Assembly: GCA_963800065.1 (NCBI GenBank)
Contig: CAWCZO010000007.1
Span: forward strand, 176,474 to 240,473
Source of the DNA: an uncultured Acidimicrobiaceae bacterium
GTDB taxonomy: Bacteria > Actinomycetota > Acidimicrobiia > Acidimicrobiales > UBA8190
Length of the DNA: 64,000 nt
Direction of reading: 5' to 3'
The notes below the pieces were generated by a model, which was not told the DNA's origin, did not search any database, and saw nothing but the letters and a program-made list of their open reading frames with translations. The position numbers and the translations under genes were made by a program. This document shows, in pieces, positions 17,083 to 26,342 of this stretch. Every line of letters begins with the position of its first letter. Positions within the stretch are counted from its first letter, which is position 1.

Positions 17083-19463
17083 CGGCCGGGGCTCTCGACG
17101 GGATCCGCATCCTCGACCTGTCCCAGGGGATCGCTGGGCCGCTCGGCGTGCTCTTCCTGGCCGAGCACGGCGCCGACGTGATCAAGGTGGAACCGCCGGG
17201 GGGTGATCCGTTCCGGTCGTACGAGGGCTACCGGGTGTGGAACCGCAGCCGGCGCTCCGTGGTGGTCGACCTCCGGCGCGACGAGGGGAGGGCGCAGTTC
17301 GGCGGCCTGGTGGCCAGTGCCGACGTGGTCGTCGAGAGCTTCCGTCCCGGGGTGAGCGGCCGACTCGGTCTCGGCTACGAGGCGCTGCGCGGCGACAACG
17401 ACAGGATCATCCTGGTGTCGTGCCCCGCCTACCCGCCCGGGCATCCTCTGGCCGACGAGCCCGCCTACGACGCCCTCGTCCAGGCCTCGAGCGGCCAGAT
17501 GTGGGCCCAGCCCGGTTGGCGCCCGGGCCCCGTCTTCCTGCACATGCCCGTGCCCTCCATGGGGGCGGTCTTCCTGGTCGCCGCCGGGGCGTTGGCGGCG
17601 CTGTCGGCGCGCCAACGGACCGGGCTCGGTCAGCACGTGGAGACGTCGTTGCTGGCCGGGGCGCTGCTCTTCACGACGCAGCTCTACCAGGACGTCGAGA
17701 ACCCCGGTCCCGGGTATCACGAGCTGATGGCCAAGACGTATCCGCCCGGGATCCACCAGACCATGCTTTTCGAATGTGCCGCCGGAGCCTGGATCCACAT
17801 CTCGGTGATGTCGGGGCTGCCGCCGCTCAAGACCCTCGACGAGGTCATCGGCCTCGAGGACGCCCCCGACGTCCTCACCCTGATGGGCCTGTCGCCGGCC
17901 GAGCGCGCCGAACTCGACGTCCGGCGCCGGCGACGGATGCGGGCGTGGGACGCCGAGGATCTGGTGGAGGAGCTGCGCCGCCACAACCACGCGGCGGAGG
18001 CGGTGGTGCCGGCCCACGACGTGCTCCGTCATGTCCAGACGGTGGCCAACGACACGGTGGTCACGGTGGACGATCCCGACCGGGGCCCGACACGGCAGAT
18101 GGGCGTCCCCATCCACCTGCTCGGCACCCCCGGTGCCGTGAAGGGACCGCAGCCAAGCGTGGGCCAGCACACCGACGAGGTGCTCGGTTCGCTCCCGGCA
18201 CCGGCCCCCACCCCGGCCCCGGCTCCGGTCGCCCCGTCGACGCCGGGCGTGGCCCTGGGTGACGTTCGCGTGATCGACCTCGGCCAGTACCTGGCCGGTC
18301 CCTTCGGGCCCATGATCCTGGCCGACCTGGGTGCTGACGTGGTGAAGATCGAGCCCGTCACCGGAGACTCGATGCGGTTCTCGGCCAAGCCCTTCATCGG
18401 CTGTCAACGCGGGAAGCGCTCGTTGGCCCTCGATCTCAAGCACCCGTCGGGGTTGGAAGCGGCCCGACGGCTGATAGCGGGGGCCGATGTCGTCCACCAC
18501 AACATGACGCGGGGCGTCGCCTCGCGGCTGGGCATCGACTATGCCGCCTGCCGGGAACTGCGGCCCGACATCATCTACTGCAACACCTACGCCTACGGGC
18601 TGGCCGACCCGTTGGGCCGGTTCGGCGGGCTGGACCCCCTCTACCAGGCGTCGTCCGGTCTCGAGTACGAGGCCGGAGCCGTGCGTCACGGGAACGATCC
18701 CCTGTACCTGCGCTTCGGGATGTGCGACACGGCCAACGCCATGCTGTCGGTCGTGGGCGTCCTGCTGGCCCTCGTCCACCGGGCCCGGACAGGCGTTGGT
18801 CAGGAGCTGTGGACGTCGCTGCACGACGGCGGGATGGTCTTCACGTCCGATGCGTGGACCGGTCCCGACGGCGCCGTGTGGGACCGTCCCCAGATGGACC
18901 GGGGCCTGCACGGCATCGACGCGCTGTACCGGCTCTACCCCACGGCCGACGACGGGTGGATCTGCCTGGCGGCGGTGACCGAGGACCAGTGGGACCGACT
19001 GTGCGCGTCGCTCGGTCCCGAGGACCTCGCCGGCGACCCCCGCTTCGCCACGGCCTCGGCCCGGCGGGAGAACCGTCAGGAGCTCGAGGACCGGTTGCAG
19101 GCCGTGTTCGCCGGCGCCACCGCCACCCATTGGGCCGGCGTCCTCGAGACCGGCGGCGTCCCTCATCAGGTGCCGGTGGACACCGATGACGGGCGTCAGA
19201 TCCTGCATGACGCCGACAACATCTCGCTGGGGCTGGTGGCCGACTACGAGCACGGGGTGCTCGGGCGGTTGCGCCAGTTCGGGCAGCTGATCCAGATGGC
19301 ACCGACACCGGGGCGGATCGCCGGGCCCCCTCCCCTGGTGGGGGAGCACACACGCCAGCTGTTGCGCGAGGCGGGCTACCGGGACGCCGACATCGACACC
19401 CTCATCGCCCAAGGCGTGGCCTACGAACCGGACGACGCCTACCGGGAGCGCTTCGTCACCTGA
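17079..19463 (+). CDS. Tandem (duplicated) family III CoA-transferase (CaiB/BaiF x2)
   Basis: From GTG 17079 (GTGA overlap with livG-like). Two complete modules, each starting G(I/V)R(I/V)(L/I)DL..AGP and each keeping the catalytic-Asp motif (AYDALVQASSG and GLDPLYQASSG). They are joined by a PAPAPTPAPAPVAP linker. Confidence 0.85.
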   Translation: MTAGALDGIRILDLSQGIAGPLGVLFLAEHGADVIKVEPPGGDPFRSYEGYRVWNRSRRSVVVDLRRDEGRAQFGGLVASADVVVESFRPGVSGRLGLGYEALRGDNDRIILVSCPAYPPGHPLADEPAYDALVQASSGQMWAQPGWRPGPVFLHMPVPSMGAVFLVAAGALAALSARQRTGLGQHVETSLLAGALLFTTQLYQDVENPGPGYHELMAKTYPPGIHQTMLFECAAGAWIHISVMSGLPPLKTLDEVIGLEDAPDVLTLMGLSPAERAELDVRRRRRMRAWDAEDLVEELRRHNHAAEAVVPAHDVLRHVQTVANDTVVTVDDPDRGPTRQMGVPIHLLGTPGAVKGPQPSVGQHTDEVLGSLPAPAPTPAPAPVAPSTPGVALGDVRVIDLGQYLAGPFGPMILADLGADVVKIEPVTGDSMRFSAKPFIGCQRGKRSLALDLKHPSGLEAARRLIAGADVVHHNMTRGVASRLGIDYAACRELRPDIIYCNTYAYGLADPLGRFGGLDPLYQASSGLEYEAGAVRHGNDPLYLRFGMCDTANAMLSVVGVLLALVHRARTGVGQELWTSLHDGGMVFTSDAWTGPDGAVWDRPQMDRGLHGIDALYRLYPTADDGWICLAAVTEDQWDRLCASLGPEDLAGDPRFATASARRENRQELEDRLQAVFAGATATHWAGVLETGGVPHQVPVDTDDGRQILHDADNISLGLVADYEHGVLGRLRQFGQLIQMAPTPGRIAGPPPLVGEHTRQLLREAGYRDADIDTLIAQGVAYEPDDAYRERFVT

Positions 19464-19506
19464 GACCGGCCTTTCGCCGCGGACGGGCCCTGGTGACCGG
19501 GAACCG

Positions 19507-20376
19507 TCAGCCCTCGGGGTCGCGGGGCCGGGCCGGGCCGTAGGGGCGGGGGCCGCGCAAGGTGACCCGGTGGGCTACGCGGAGGGCGTCGCCGTAGTCG
19601 TCGAGGGCGTAGTGCAGGGTGGCCCGGTTGTCCCAGAAGGCGACGGCACCGACCTTCCAACGGAAGCGGCAGCTGAATTCGGGGCGCTGGCAGTGGCGGT
19701 AGAGCAGATCGAGGAAGGCGGTGCTCTCGAGAGGAGAGAAGCCTTCGATGAAGCGGGTGAATTGCGAGTTGACGAAGAGGCCGTTGCGGCCCGTCTCGGG
19801 GTGGGTGCGGACCACGGGATGTGAGGTCGGCAGCAGCTTGTCGTGTCGCTTGCCGTCCCACTCGTAGCCGCCGCTGGCCTCGACGTCGGCGGCGAACCAC
19901 GGGTCGTGGTGCCAGGCGATGAGGCCGTCGCAGAGCCTGCGGATGGGCTCCGAGAGTGCGTCGTAGGCGGCCTGCAGGCTCACCCACATCGTGTCCCCGC
20001 CCACGGCCGGGGCTTCGCGCATGTGGAGGATCGAGCCGAGCGGCGGTGTGGCCAGGAAGGTGATGTCGGTGTGCCACCACGAGGCGCGGTCCTCCCGTCC
20101 GTCGATGGGGAGCACTTCGGGATGGCCGGCGAGAGAATCGATGACCGGATGGGCCGGGGTGACCTCGCCGAATTGGCGGGCGAAGGCCGTCTGCACCTCG
20201 GGACTCAGGTCCTGATCGAGGAAGAACAGGACGAGGTGACGGGCCAGGGCCGCCCTCAGCTGGGCCACCACGGGGTCCCCGAGCGGGCGCGATAGATCGA
20301 GGCCGTGGACCTCTGCCCCGATGACGGGGGAGATGGGCCGGATGTCCAATTCGGTCGCGACTACCACCTCGACCAT
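19507..20376 (-). CDS. TauD/TfdA-family Fe(II)/2-oxoglutarate dioxygenase
   Basis: 289 aa from ATG 20376. WHTDITF (HxD iron motif), DTMWVS and a C-terminal AHRVTL region typical of taurine/alkylsulfonate dioxygenases. Confidence 0.85.
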   Translation of the reverse strand: MVEVVVATELDIRPISPVIGAEVHGLDLSRPLGDPVVAQLRAALARHLVLFFLDQDLSPEVQTAFARQFGEVTPAHPVIDSLAGHPEVLPIDGREDRASWWHTDITFLATPPLGSILHMREAPAVGGDTMWVSLQAAYDALSEPIRRLCDGLIAWHHDPWFAADVEASGGYEWDGKRHDKLLPTSHPVVRTHPETGRNGLFVNSQFTRFIEGFSPLESTAFLDLLYRHCQRPEFSCRFRWKVGAVAFWDNRATLHYALDDYGDALRVAHRVTLRGPRPYGPARPRDPEG

Positions 20377-20502
20377 GGTGCCCCACCGGACCGTCGGCCA
20401 CAACCCGCCCGGTGTCCTGCCTGAGAGGCGCCTATCGTGTGCGACCGGCGGTGCACCGGTGGCGTCCTGACGCTTCGGACGCTCGACGAGGAGGTAGGCG
20501 CG

Positions 20503-22023
20503 ATGAGGAGGTCCGACCCCGGAGGGTGGGCAAGGTCCCGGCGACGTCCGGGGAGCCGCGTCGGGGGCGGTCGCCGGGGCGGCGTGCTCATGGCGGTCGT
20601 CATCGTGGCGGCGGTGGTCGTGGCGGTCACGTCGGGGGCATCGTCGAGCTCGGCCTCGACGTCGTCGGCCAAGGCGGCCGGCATCGCCGCTCTGAACAAG
20701 GCCAGCACGAGCAGTCGGGGTGTCACGAAGACCACCATCAACGTCGTCTTCCCCATCTCCAACCTGACCAGCCTGGCGTCCAACTTTGGTTTCGCCGGGG
20801 ACGTCGAGTTCGGGGAGCAGAAGAAGGCCATCAACCTGTTCGTGAAGGCAGCCAACGCCAATGGCGGCATCAACGGCCGCAAGATCAAGGCCATCATCGT
20901 CACTTTCGATCCCACCAACGAGGCCGAGATGCGGGCGGACTGCCTGCAGTGGACGGAAGGGAACCCGCCCGTCTTCGCCGTGGTGGACGGGTTGGGATCG
21001 TGGACGGGGGACAACGAGCTGTGCATCACCCAGGAGCACCACACGCCATTCATCGGGCAGTGGACGACGACCACCAACTGGACGAAGGAAGGCGCCCCCT
21101 ACCTGTGGTGGACGGGTCCCGATCAGGCATCGATCCTGAGCACGCTGGTGTCGTGGGCCAAAGGGGCGAAATTGCTGGGAGGGGACCGGAAGGTGGCCAT
21201 CGTGGCCGGGGACCGGGCCAGCGACCAATTGGCGTTGAAGGACTATCTCCTCCCCGACCTCAAACGCGACGGGATCCCCAGGCCGATGATCGAGACCATC
21301 CCGGCCGGCGCCTCGGACACGGCGGCCACCGGGGCGGCGGCGCCGCTGATCGTGCAGCGCCTGCAGGCGGCCGGCATCGATTCGGTCATCCCCCTGATGC
21401 CGTTCAACGCCATGTTCCCGTACCTGCAGGCCGAGTCCCAGGAGCACTACTACCCGAGGCTCCTGCTGTCGGACTACGAGGGCTCCATCGAGTCGTCGTT
21501 GGGGCTGATCCCGCAACCGTACGAAAAGGAGCTCAACGGCCAGGAGGGCGTGACGGTCGAGACCCTGGGCGGCACCGACGCGCCCATCTCCGAGAGCCTG
21601 GGCGGCTACGACCCCGGCGTGGAGAAGTGCTACAAGGTCTGGCACGCCGCCTACCCCAAGCCCCCCCCGGGTGAGACCCTCATCCACGGCGAGAAGGCGA
21701 CGCCCTACATCGAGGAGCAGGGACCGGTTGCCGGGTGGTGCCAAGGCGTCGAACTGTTCGCCCTGGCGGCCAAGAAGGCCGGGCGCGACCTGACACGCCG
21801 CAGCTTCGTGAAGGCGATGGCCAGCATCACGTCCTACCAGGGCACGTACTCACCGGACATGAGCTACGGGCCGGGGAAGTACGCCGGACCCAACGAGTAC
21901 CAGGTGGTCGAGATCCACAACAACGTGCCGGCGTCCAAGTTGTGCGTCCTCACGTCCCAGAAGATCACCCAGGGAACGTGTTGGCACGTCATCCAGAGTT
22001 GGAGGCCGCTTGTCACGGGTTGA
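20503..22023 (+). CDS. Secreted ABC substrate-binding protein (Leu/Ile/Val-binding-protein-type fold)
   Basis: ATG 20503 preceded by GAGGAGG. Arg-rich N-terminus, TM/signal segment VIVAAVVVAV, and Ser-rich linker. GINGRKIK and VDGLGSW resemble type I periplasmic binding proteins. Confidence 0.7.
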   Translation: MRRSDPGGWARSRRRPGSRVGGGRRGGVLMAVVIVAAVVVAVTSGASSSSASTSSAKAAGIAALNKASTSSRGVTKTTINVVFPISNLTSLASNFGFAGDVEFGEQKKAINLFVKAANANGGINGRKIKAIIVTFDPTNEAEMRADCLQWTEGNPPVFAVVDGLGSWTGDNELCITQEHHTPFIGQWTTTTNWTKEGAPYLWWTGPDQASILSTLVSWAKGAKLLGGDRKVAIVAGDRASDQLALKDYLLPDLKRDGIPRPMIETIPAGASDTAATGAAAPLIVQRLQAAGIDSVIPLMPFNAMFPYLQAESQEHYYPRLLLSDYEGSIESSLGLIPQPYEKELNGQEGVTVETLGGTDAPISESLGGYDPGVEKCYKVWHAAYPKPPPGETLIHGEKATPYIEEQGPVAGWCQGVELFALAAKKAGRDLTRRSFVKAMASITSYQGTYSPDMSYGPGKYAGPNEYQVVEIHNNVPASKLCVLTSQKITQGTCWHVIQSWRPLVTG

Positions 22024-23074
22024 GGAGGCAGCGCCGGCGGACACACACGTCAGGCCCCGTAATTTCTCGCCTTGGTTCTCTTGGATGGTCCGCCTCTCGG
22101 AGCAGGCGCTCGTCGACCCGTTACCCGGCGAGGGCGGTGGCGACCTCGAGGAATGGCGGGTCCGGTGCCGGACCCGTCTGGGGGAGTTGTTGGGTCCGTC
22201 GCCCCGTGGCGTGCCCCTGGCCCTCGAGACGCTCGAGAGCGTGGCGTGCGACGGGTACCGGCGCGACAAGGTCGTCTTCGACACCGAGGAGACCATGTCG
22301 GTTCCGGCCTACCTCCTCGTCCCCGACGGCCGAGTGGCGCCGGGGCCCGCCGTCCTGGCCGCCCACGGCCACGGTCCCGGGAAGGACCTCGTGTGCGGAC
22401 TGGCCGAGACACCGGCGCCCAACGGCGACTACGCCGTCCAACTGGTCCGCCGCGGCTACGTGGTCCTCGCTCCCGACATGCGGTGCTTTGGCGAGCGCCA
22501 GGACTGGAACCCCGAGGACCACTACGCCTGTGACACCAATCTCGTCCATGCCGTGATGGCCGGGGAGAGTCCCCTGGCGCAGAACCTGTGGGACCTGGCC
22601 CGGTGCCTCGACGTCCTCGAGGACCATCCGCTCGTCGATCGCCGACGGATCGGCATGGTCGGCCTCTCCTACGGCGGCACCGTGACCCTGTTCCTGGCCG
22701 CCTGGGACGAGCGGGTGGCCGCCTGTGTGGTCAGCGGGTACTTCTCGTCGTGGGCCGAGTCCCACAAGATGCCGTGGAACATGTGTGGATCGCAGGTCCT
22801 GCCGGGGATGCTCGGCCAGCTCGAGCACGTGGACCTCGGGGCCCTGGTGGCACCGCGGCCCATGTTCGTCGAGAGCGGTATCCACGACGACCTGTTCCCG
22901 GCGACGGTGGCCGCCGTCGGGTGCGAGAGGCTCCGCACCGTCTACGAGTCCCTGGGCGCCGAGGGGGACCGGATCGTCCACGAGGTGTCCGACGGCGGAC
23001 ACCAGTGGTACGGGGTGGGCGCCTACCCGTTCCTGGCCCGCTGGTTGGGCGGGGCCGCCGAACCCGGCTCGTAG
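22010..23074 (+). CDS. Alpha/beta hydrolase (dienelactone hydrolase / esterase-like)
   Basis: GLSYGG nucleophile elbow, later D and H (DGGHQW). Start is uncertain: TTG 22010 or ATG 22085. Confidence 0.6.
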   Translation: MSRVEEAAPADTHVRPRNFSPWFSWMVRLSEQALVDPLPGEGGGDLEEWRVRCRTRLGELLGPSPRGVPLALETLESVACDGYRRDKVVFDTEETMSVPAYLLVPDGRVAPGPAVLAAHGHGPGKDLVCGLAETPAPNGDYAVQLVRRGYVVLAPDMRCFGERQDWNPEDHYACDTNLVHAVMAGESPLAQNLWDLARCLDVLEDHPLVDRRRIGMVGLSYGGTVTLFLAAWDERVAACVVSGYFSSWAESHKMPWNMCGSQVLPGMLGQLEHVDLGALVAPRPMFVESGIHDDLFPATVAAVGCERLRTVYESLGAEGDRIVHEVSDGGHQWYGVGAYPFLARWLGGAAEPGS

Positions 23075-23104
23075 CGGGGGTCGACCGTCCCCGCCCGGTC
23101 GCCT

Positions 23105-24208
23105 CTATCCCGGGACCTGCCAATGGACGAGGTCGGTGCTCCGGGCGATTCCGATCCGGGCGTGGCCCCAGCCGTCGAAGGCGCTGAGCTCGGTGCTCCC
23201 GGCGTAGGTGGCGTAGTAGTAGCCGTCGGCGGCGTGGGCGTCACAGAGGAACACCGAGTTGGCGTGCTCGTAGTTCACGCTGGACAGGCCGGGCCCCGAG
23301 TTCCACGCCTGGGCCGGGATCTGGAGCTCCGTCCCGGCCGTCCAGTGCAGCCATGACGCCGGGACCTCGGGGTTCCCGACCAGGGAGAACAGCCAGGGCT
23401 GGTCGAAGGTGTTGGACGTGGCCACCAGGTGCCACCGGCCGTCGAGGGTCAGGAACTCGAGGTTCTCCACCGTGTCCCCGTAGAGGGAGATGCCGGGCCG
23501 GCCCACCGAGACCCACGGGCCGGCCAGGGAGCCGCTGCGCGACCAGGCGATCTCGAAATGCTGGGTGCCCGCCGTGGTCGGTGGTCCCTCCTTGTAGCCC
23601 AGGATGAGGCCGTGACCCGTCCAGGCCAGGGCCGGGTCGATCATCCGGTCCGCCGGGGCCGGGTGGAGGCTCCGCGCCAGTCGGTGGGGAACCGACCACG
23701 TCTCGAGGTTGGCCGACGTCCGGTAGTAGAGCTTGGCCTGCCCTCCGCCCACCTCGCCCGGGCCCGAGTCGTAGGTGACGACGAAGGTCCCCGTCGGGCT
23801 GCGGACGATGTCGGGTGACACCACCCCGATCACCCCGCGTTGCGCCGGCCACGGCGCGGGGGACGACCAGTGGACGAGGTCGGTGCTGGTGGCGGTGGCG
23901 ATGTCCCAGCGCACACCACCCGGGAGTCGGGGGTCGTCGGTCACGTCGCTGAAGAGCATGTGCCAGCGGCCGCCCGCCCAGATCAGGGCCTGGTCCTTCA
24001 CCCCCGCGTCCGGTTCGCTCAGGATGGGGTCGGTGAGCCGGGACCACGCCACGGCCGGGGTGGCCGATCCGGGGACGACGCAGGCGTGGTCGGCGCCGAC
24101 GGGGACGACGACCGGCGCCGCGCCGGGGGTGGCCGGTTTCGTCGCGCATCCGGCCGTGCCCAGGACGAGCGCTCCGGCGACGAGCGCACCCCGGGCGGTC
24201 AGTCCCAC
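23105..24208 (-). CDS. Lipoprotein, five-bladed beta-propeller glycosidase-like (GH43/GH32 clan-like)
   Basis: From GTG 24208. Lipobox LVLGTAGC. Repeated ..DLVHWS.., ..ETWSVP.. and GRWHMLFS blade-like motifs. Overlaps the nagB stop by 10 nt. Confidence 0.55.
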   Translation of the reverse strand: MGLTARGALVAGALVLGTAGCATKPATPGAAPVVVPVGADHACVVPGSATPAVAWSRLTDPILSEPDAGVKDQALIWAGGRWHMLFSDVTDDPRLPGGVRWDIATATSTDLVHWSSPAPWPAQRGVIGVVSPDIVRSPTGTFVVTYDSGPGEVGGGQAKLYYRTSANLETWSVPHRLARSLHPAPADRMIDPALAWTGHGLILGYKEGPPTTAGTQHFEIAWSRSGSLAGPWVSVGRPGISLYGDTVENLEFLTLDGRWHLVATSNTFDQPWLFSLVGNPEVPASWLHWTAGTELQIPAQAWNSGPGLSSVNYEHANSVFLCDAHAADGYYYATYAGSTELSAFDGWGHARIGIARSTDLVHWQVPG

Positions 24209-24942
24209 CCCAGACCGGCGGCCGATCCGGCGTCGAGGTGGAGGGCGACGTGGGACTTCGTGCGCAGCACCGAGGCGGGACACGCCGTGGTCACGGGGCC
24301 GGTGAGCGCCCGCCGGACCGGTTCCGCCTTCCGCCCCTCGGGGACGACGGCCAGCACGGTGGCGGCGTCGAGCAGGGCCGGGATGGTGACCGTGACCGCC
24401 TCGGTGGGGACGTCGGCCAGCGTAACGAAGTGGCCCTCGTTGACCTGCTGCCGGCGGCACGCCCCGTCGAGCTCGACCACCTTGACCAGGAGGGGATCGT
24501 CGAAGTCGGCGACGGGGGGATCGTTGAAGGCCAGATGCCCGTTCTCCCCGATGCCCAGACAGCAGAGATCCAGGGGATGGCGCCGGAGCAGCTCGGCGTA
24601 GCGTTCGCACTCGGCCCGGGGATCGGCCAGTCCGTCGAGATAGTGGGCGGCGCGGGGCCGGACGTTATCGACGATGCGTTCCCGGATCCAGTGCTGGAAC
24701 CCGGCCGGATGGTCGGGACCGGCACCCACGTACTCGTCCATGTGGAAGACGATGACGTCGGACCACGGAACGTCCTCGGTGCCTTGGACCAGAGCGGCGA
24801 CGAACGCCAGCTGCGAGTTGCCGGTGGCGAACATGGCATGAGCCGTCCCCCGGTCGGCCACGGCGTCACGCAGGGCGGCGGCGGCGTCGTCGGCGGCGGC
24901 CCGACCGAGGGCGCCTTCGTCCCGGTGGACGTACACCTTCAT
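24199..24942 (-). CDS. nagB: Glucosamine-6-phosphate deaminase
   Basis: MKVYVH..ATGNSQ..FHMDEY..LGIGENGHLAFNDP are canonical NagB motifs. Confidence 0.85.
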   Translation of the reverse strand: MKVYVHRDEGALGRAAADDAAAALRDAVADRGTAHAMFATGNSQLAFVAALVQGTEDVPWSDVIVFHMDEYVGAGPDHPAGFQHWIRERIVDNVRPRAAHYLDGLADPRAECERYAELLRRHPLDLCCLGIGENGHLAFNDPPVADFDDPLLVKVVELDGACRRQQVNEGHFVTLADVPTEAVTVTIPALLDAATVLAVVPEGRKAEPVRRALTGPVTTACPASVLRTKSHVALHLDAGSAAGLGWD

Positions 24943-25157
24943 CCGGTCGACGGTCCGCACCTGTTCCCGGTCCCCCATGGGCCGCACTGTAGGCCGGACG
25001 TCCCCGTGGCCCCGTCGGTACCGGGGACGGGTCTGGCCCCGGCGGTCGTGAAACCGGTTCTCCGGGGGTTGACAGAGCCCCGACCACGATCCCCAACTAG
25101 GGTGTCGTCGTCTCGCCGGCGGGACCGGCAACCAGGGGAACAGGGGAGGGAACCGTC

Positions 25158-26342
25158 ATGATCCACAAGGGCGCGTTGATCCGCATCGGAGCGGTCCTGA
25201 TGCTGTCGGGGCTACTCCTGGCGGCGTGCAGCTCGAGCCCCAGCCCGAGTTCGACTTCGAGCAGCACCACGGCGACGTCGGGCAGCGCCGCCTTGGCGCT
25301 CCAGGCCGCCATCGCCGCCACCAACGCCGGCTACAAGGGTACGAGCACCAACGTCAATCCGACGCCCCGGCCGGCGGCCAAGAACAAGACCATCGTGATC
25401 ATCTCCGCCGGTCAGGGTGCCGACAGCAACTCGGTGCCGGTGGCGGGCGCCCTCCAGGCGGCCCAGGCCATCGGCTGGCACGCGTCCATCTATGACGCCA
25501 TGCTGAACCCGTCCAACTACGCCGGCCTCGTCCGCCAGGCGATCGCCGCCCACGTGAACGGGATCATTCTCGACGCCATCGACTGCTCGACGGTGAAGGG
25601 CCCGCTCGAGCAGGCCAAGGCGGCGGGCATCGCCGTGACGGCCATGTACGCCTTCGACTGCAACGACCCCCACTCCGGGGGCGGTACGACGAAGCTGTTC
25701 GGCGGGGTCACCAACTACGGGGCCAAGAACGCCAACCTGGACAAGTTCACCGAGTCCTACGGCTCTGACCAGGCCAACTACATCATCGCCAAGTCGGACA
25801 ACAAGGCCAAGATCATCGTGGTCCAGGACCCCGAGTTCACCGTTCTCTATTACACGGCGCTGGGCTTCGACAACACCATCGCCGCCTCGCACGGCTCCAA
25901 GGTCATCGCCACCCTGGACATCACGCAGGAGGACCTCGTCGACGGGCAGGTGGTGCCGATCATCCAGGCCGAACTGGCCCGGTATCCCCAGGCCACCTGG
26001 ATCAAGAGTCCCTTCACCTACGCCACCACCCTGGGCATCGTCCCCGCCCTCGGGACCAACCCCAACCACATCAGCGTCATGGGTGGAGAGGGCTTCCATG
26101 ACGAGCTCGACGACATCAGATCGGGGAAGATCGTCGCCACCAACGCCATCTCGTCCAACTGGACCGGGTGGGCGGCGGTGGACACTCTGAACAGCATCTT
26201 CAATCACACGGCGCCGGTGGACAGCGGCATCGGCTGGACGCTCGTCGACGCCACCCACAACCTCCCCTCGAACCCGGCGGCCGACTACGAGCCCCCCATC
26301 AACTACCAGGCCGAGTACAAGAAGGCGTGGGGAGTGGGCTGA
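25158..26342 (+). CDS. Sugar ABC transporter substrate-binding lipoprotein (RbsB-like)
   Basis: GGGGAGGG SD 7 nt upstream. Lipobox LLLAACSS. Periplasmic-binding-protein type I pattern. Confidence 0.85.
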   Translation: MIHKGALIRIGAVLMLSGLLLAACSSSPSPSSTSSSTTATSGSAALALQAAIAATNAGYKGTSTNVNPTPRPAAKNKTIVIISAGQGADSNSVPVAGALQAAQAIGWHASIYDAMLNPSNYAGLVRQAIAAHVNGIILDAIDCSTVKGPLEQAKAAGIAVTAMYAFDCNDPHSGGGTTKLFGGVTNYGAKNANLDKFTESYGSDQANYIIAKSDNKAKIIVVQDPEFTVLYYTALGFDNTIAASHGSKVIATLDITQEDLVDGQVVPIIQAELARYPQATWIKSPFTYATTLGIVPALGTNPNHISVMGGEGFHDELDDIRSGKIVATNAISSNWTGWAAVDTLNSIFNHTAPVDSGIGWTLVDATHNLPSNPAADYEPPINYQAEYKKAWGVG

